Virus record (IMG/VR): IMGVR_UViG_2534681941_000022
Length of the DNA stretch: 9,320 nt
From: a virus
Lineage: Duplodnaviria; Heunggongvirae; Uroviricota; Caudoviricetes
Strand: one strand, 5' to 3'
Made by a program: the position numbers and the translations under genes. Shown piece by piece: positions 8,188 to 9,320 of the stretch. The notes beneath the pieces are model-generated. The model saw only the letters and a list, made by a program, of their open reading frames with translations. It was not told the DNA's origin and made no database searches. Every line of letters starts with the position of its first letter. Position 1 is the first letter of the stretch.

Positions 8188-9039
8188 ATCTCACACCTCC
8201 CGGAATCCCCGCTGAAGCCATCATTAATGCGGCATCATCCACCATGACATCCGCCACATCCGCAGACGATAAAATATCGCGCCCTCCGTCCCCACCGAAC
8301 CGGACGCCTCCGGCAAGTCCTGCCGCTTTCTGCATCAGCATTTTGTCCTCATCCGGCCTCTCCACCTGCTCTTCCTCATGCCGGGGGACAAGCAGACTGA
8401 AATCAGAGGGATGCATATCCGGATCGCAAAAAAACAGGCTGAGTACAGCGTACGTCAGCCCGGAAAAATGCATATCCAGCTGGGTATCCTGAAAATAATG
8501 CGTGCGGTAAAAACGGTGCCAGTCGGCATATTCGGTGGATGTCATCCCGGCAAGCATGGCGCGCCAGTCGGGTCTCCCCATCTCACGCGCCAGTCTGAGG
8601 GCAAAGTTCAGCTCGCCGTCGAAGACTTTCCCGCAGAAAAATCATCATCAGTCAGCGTGTTATTTTTCGCCACTTCAGTAATATCAGTATCCGGACGAAC
8701 AGCCCCGCTCATCCCGGACAGGCACAACACCACGTCTTCCGCCCGGGCAATGGCATCGGCAGGCCAGGTGGTGAGCACTTCCTGCTCTATCTTCATCACG
8801 GCCTCATTCATTGACGGTGACTGCGTTTTCTGTGGATGGTTATGCCACAGGGACATCGCCACCAGAAACGCGCCGGTTCTGACGAGATCTTCCACGCTTA
8901 CCTGCAGGTTGCCGCTGGATTCTGCCTGTTCTGCACGCCGTTTCAGGAGGGCAAGATGCTCGATACGCTGCAGCGCAGACAATTCGGAAAGCGTGACAGA
9001 CACACCGTTATATTCAAATTGTTCTGTTTTCAGAAACAT
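8168..9039 (-). CDS. T: Tail assembly chaperone G-T fusion, produced by programmed -1 ribosomal frameshift at 8632-8626 (about 290 aa)
   Basis: The -1 frame is open from the slippery heptamer and reads GKVFDGELNFALRLAREMGRPDWRAMLAGMTSTEYADW..., collinear with lambda gpT. The frame ends at stop 8170-8168. The track lists only the ATG-initiated part (8168..8581). Confidence 0.75.
8608..9039 (-). CDS. G: Tail assembly chaperone G homolog (143 aa)
   Basis: ATG at 9039 with GGAGG 8 nt upstream gives MFLKTEQFEYNGVSVTLSELSALQRIEHLAL...DDDFSAGKSSTAS, collinear with lambda gpG (140 aa). The track ORF 8608..9111 carries a 24-codon upstream extension that overlaps the V stop and is not used. Confidence 0.9.
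   Translation of the reverse strand: MFLKTEQFEYNGVSVTLSELSALQRIEHLALLKRRAEQAESSGNLQVSVEDLVRTGAFLVAMSLWHNHPQKTQSPSMNEAVMKIEQEVLTTWPADAIARAEDVVLCLSGMSGAVRPDTDITEVAKNNTLTDDDFSAGKSSTAS
8626..8632 (-). promoter_or_regulatory. Slippery heptanucleotide G GGA AAG for the G to G-T -1 frameshift
   Basis: Plus strand CTTTCCC at 8626-8632 is GGGAAAG on the coding strand. In the G frame the codons are GCG GGA AAG, 5 codons before the G stop. Same heptamer and position as the lambda G/T site. Confidence 0.75.
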
Positions 9040-9052
9040 GTATGACCTCCGT

Positions 9053-9320
9053 TTACCCTGCAGCGCCCGCTTCAGTAACGGTGACTTCAGCCACTGCGGC
9101 GAACTGACCATTTCCGCTCACCACAGGGATCTGCACCTTACCTGTCGCCACGCCGTTTACCGTAATTGTCATATCTTTCACACTAATGGTGGCTTTCGAC
9201 GGATCGGCGGAAACCGCTCTGAACGTCTTGTCTGTTGCACTTTCCGGCTCAAAAGAACCGTCAGGGTGGTTGTTTTCCCTTTGCCACCGTACCGGATGTC
9301 GGCGTCACCTTAATCGCACT
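9053..9320 (-). pseudogene. V: Major tail protein V homolog, 3' portion only (5' end beyond the right edge); frame interrupted twice in the visible part
   Basis: Frame ending at TAA 9055-9053 reads ...[66 protein letters not shown], matching the lambda gpV C-terminal Ig-like region, but has an in-frame TGA at 9307-9305. The upstream V-like sequence sits in two other frames: [12 protein letters not shown] (about 9311-9276) and KGKTTTLTV (9282-9256). Confidence 0.6.

Noticed and set aside
9040-9111. N-terminal 24 codons of track ORF 8608..9111, a possible longer G
   Set aside because: The extension overlaps the V stop codon region. The internal ATG at 9039 has a GGAGG SD and aligns with the lambda gpG start (MFLKTE...).
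8378-9313. 311-aa plus-strand ORF, with plus ORFs 8244..8492 and 8836..9045
   Set aside because: Antisense to G, G-T and V, which are well supported on the minus strand.
1-9320. CRISPR array, IS element or defence/toxin cargo somewhere in the window
   Set aside because: There are no regularly spaced direct repeats, no terminal inverted repeats, and no non-tail ORF with support. The whole window is accounted for by the nine tail genes and one spacer.

Overview
The whole window is the minus strand of a lambda-like siphovirus tail morphogenesis module, in lambda gene order V, G, G-T, H, M, L, K, I, J read from high to low coordinates. All calls rest on my recollection of phage lambda protein sequences plus reading frames I translated by hand; no database search was run. 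V is cut by the right edge and J by the left edge, so the receptor-binding C-terminus of J is outside the window. Junctions are lambda-like: stop/start overlaps at M/L and H/M, a 103-nt K/I overlap, and a conserved G-T slippery heptamer. I see no cargo, defence or toxin gene and no CRISPR, tRNA or IS element; I do not find a novel system here. Three things depart from a textbook lambda tail operon: (1) L is split into two frames by an apparent 1-nt insertion; (2) the visible 3' part of V needs two separate frame changes to follow its lambda-like sequence; (3) the I-J spacer is 246 nt (about 60 nt in lambda as I recall) and carries one intrinsic-terminator-like hairpin on each strand plus short direct repeats. 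Points 1 and 2 mean either a decaying (cryptic) prophage or small indel errors in the assembly; the sequence alone cannot decide. The many plus-strand ORFs in the track are antisense artefacts of GC-rich coding sequence.
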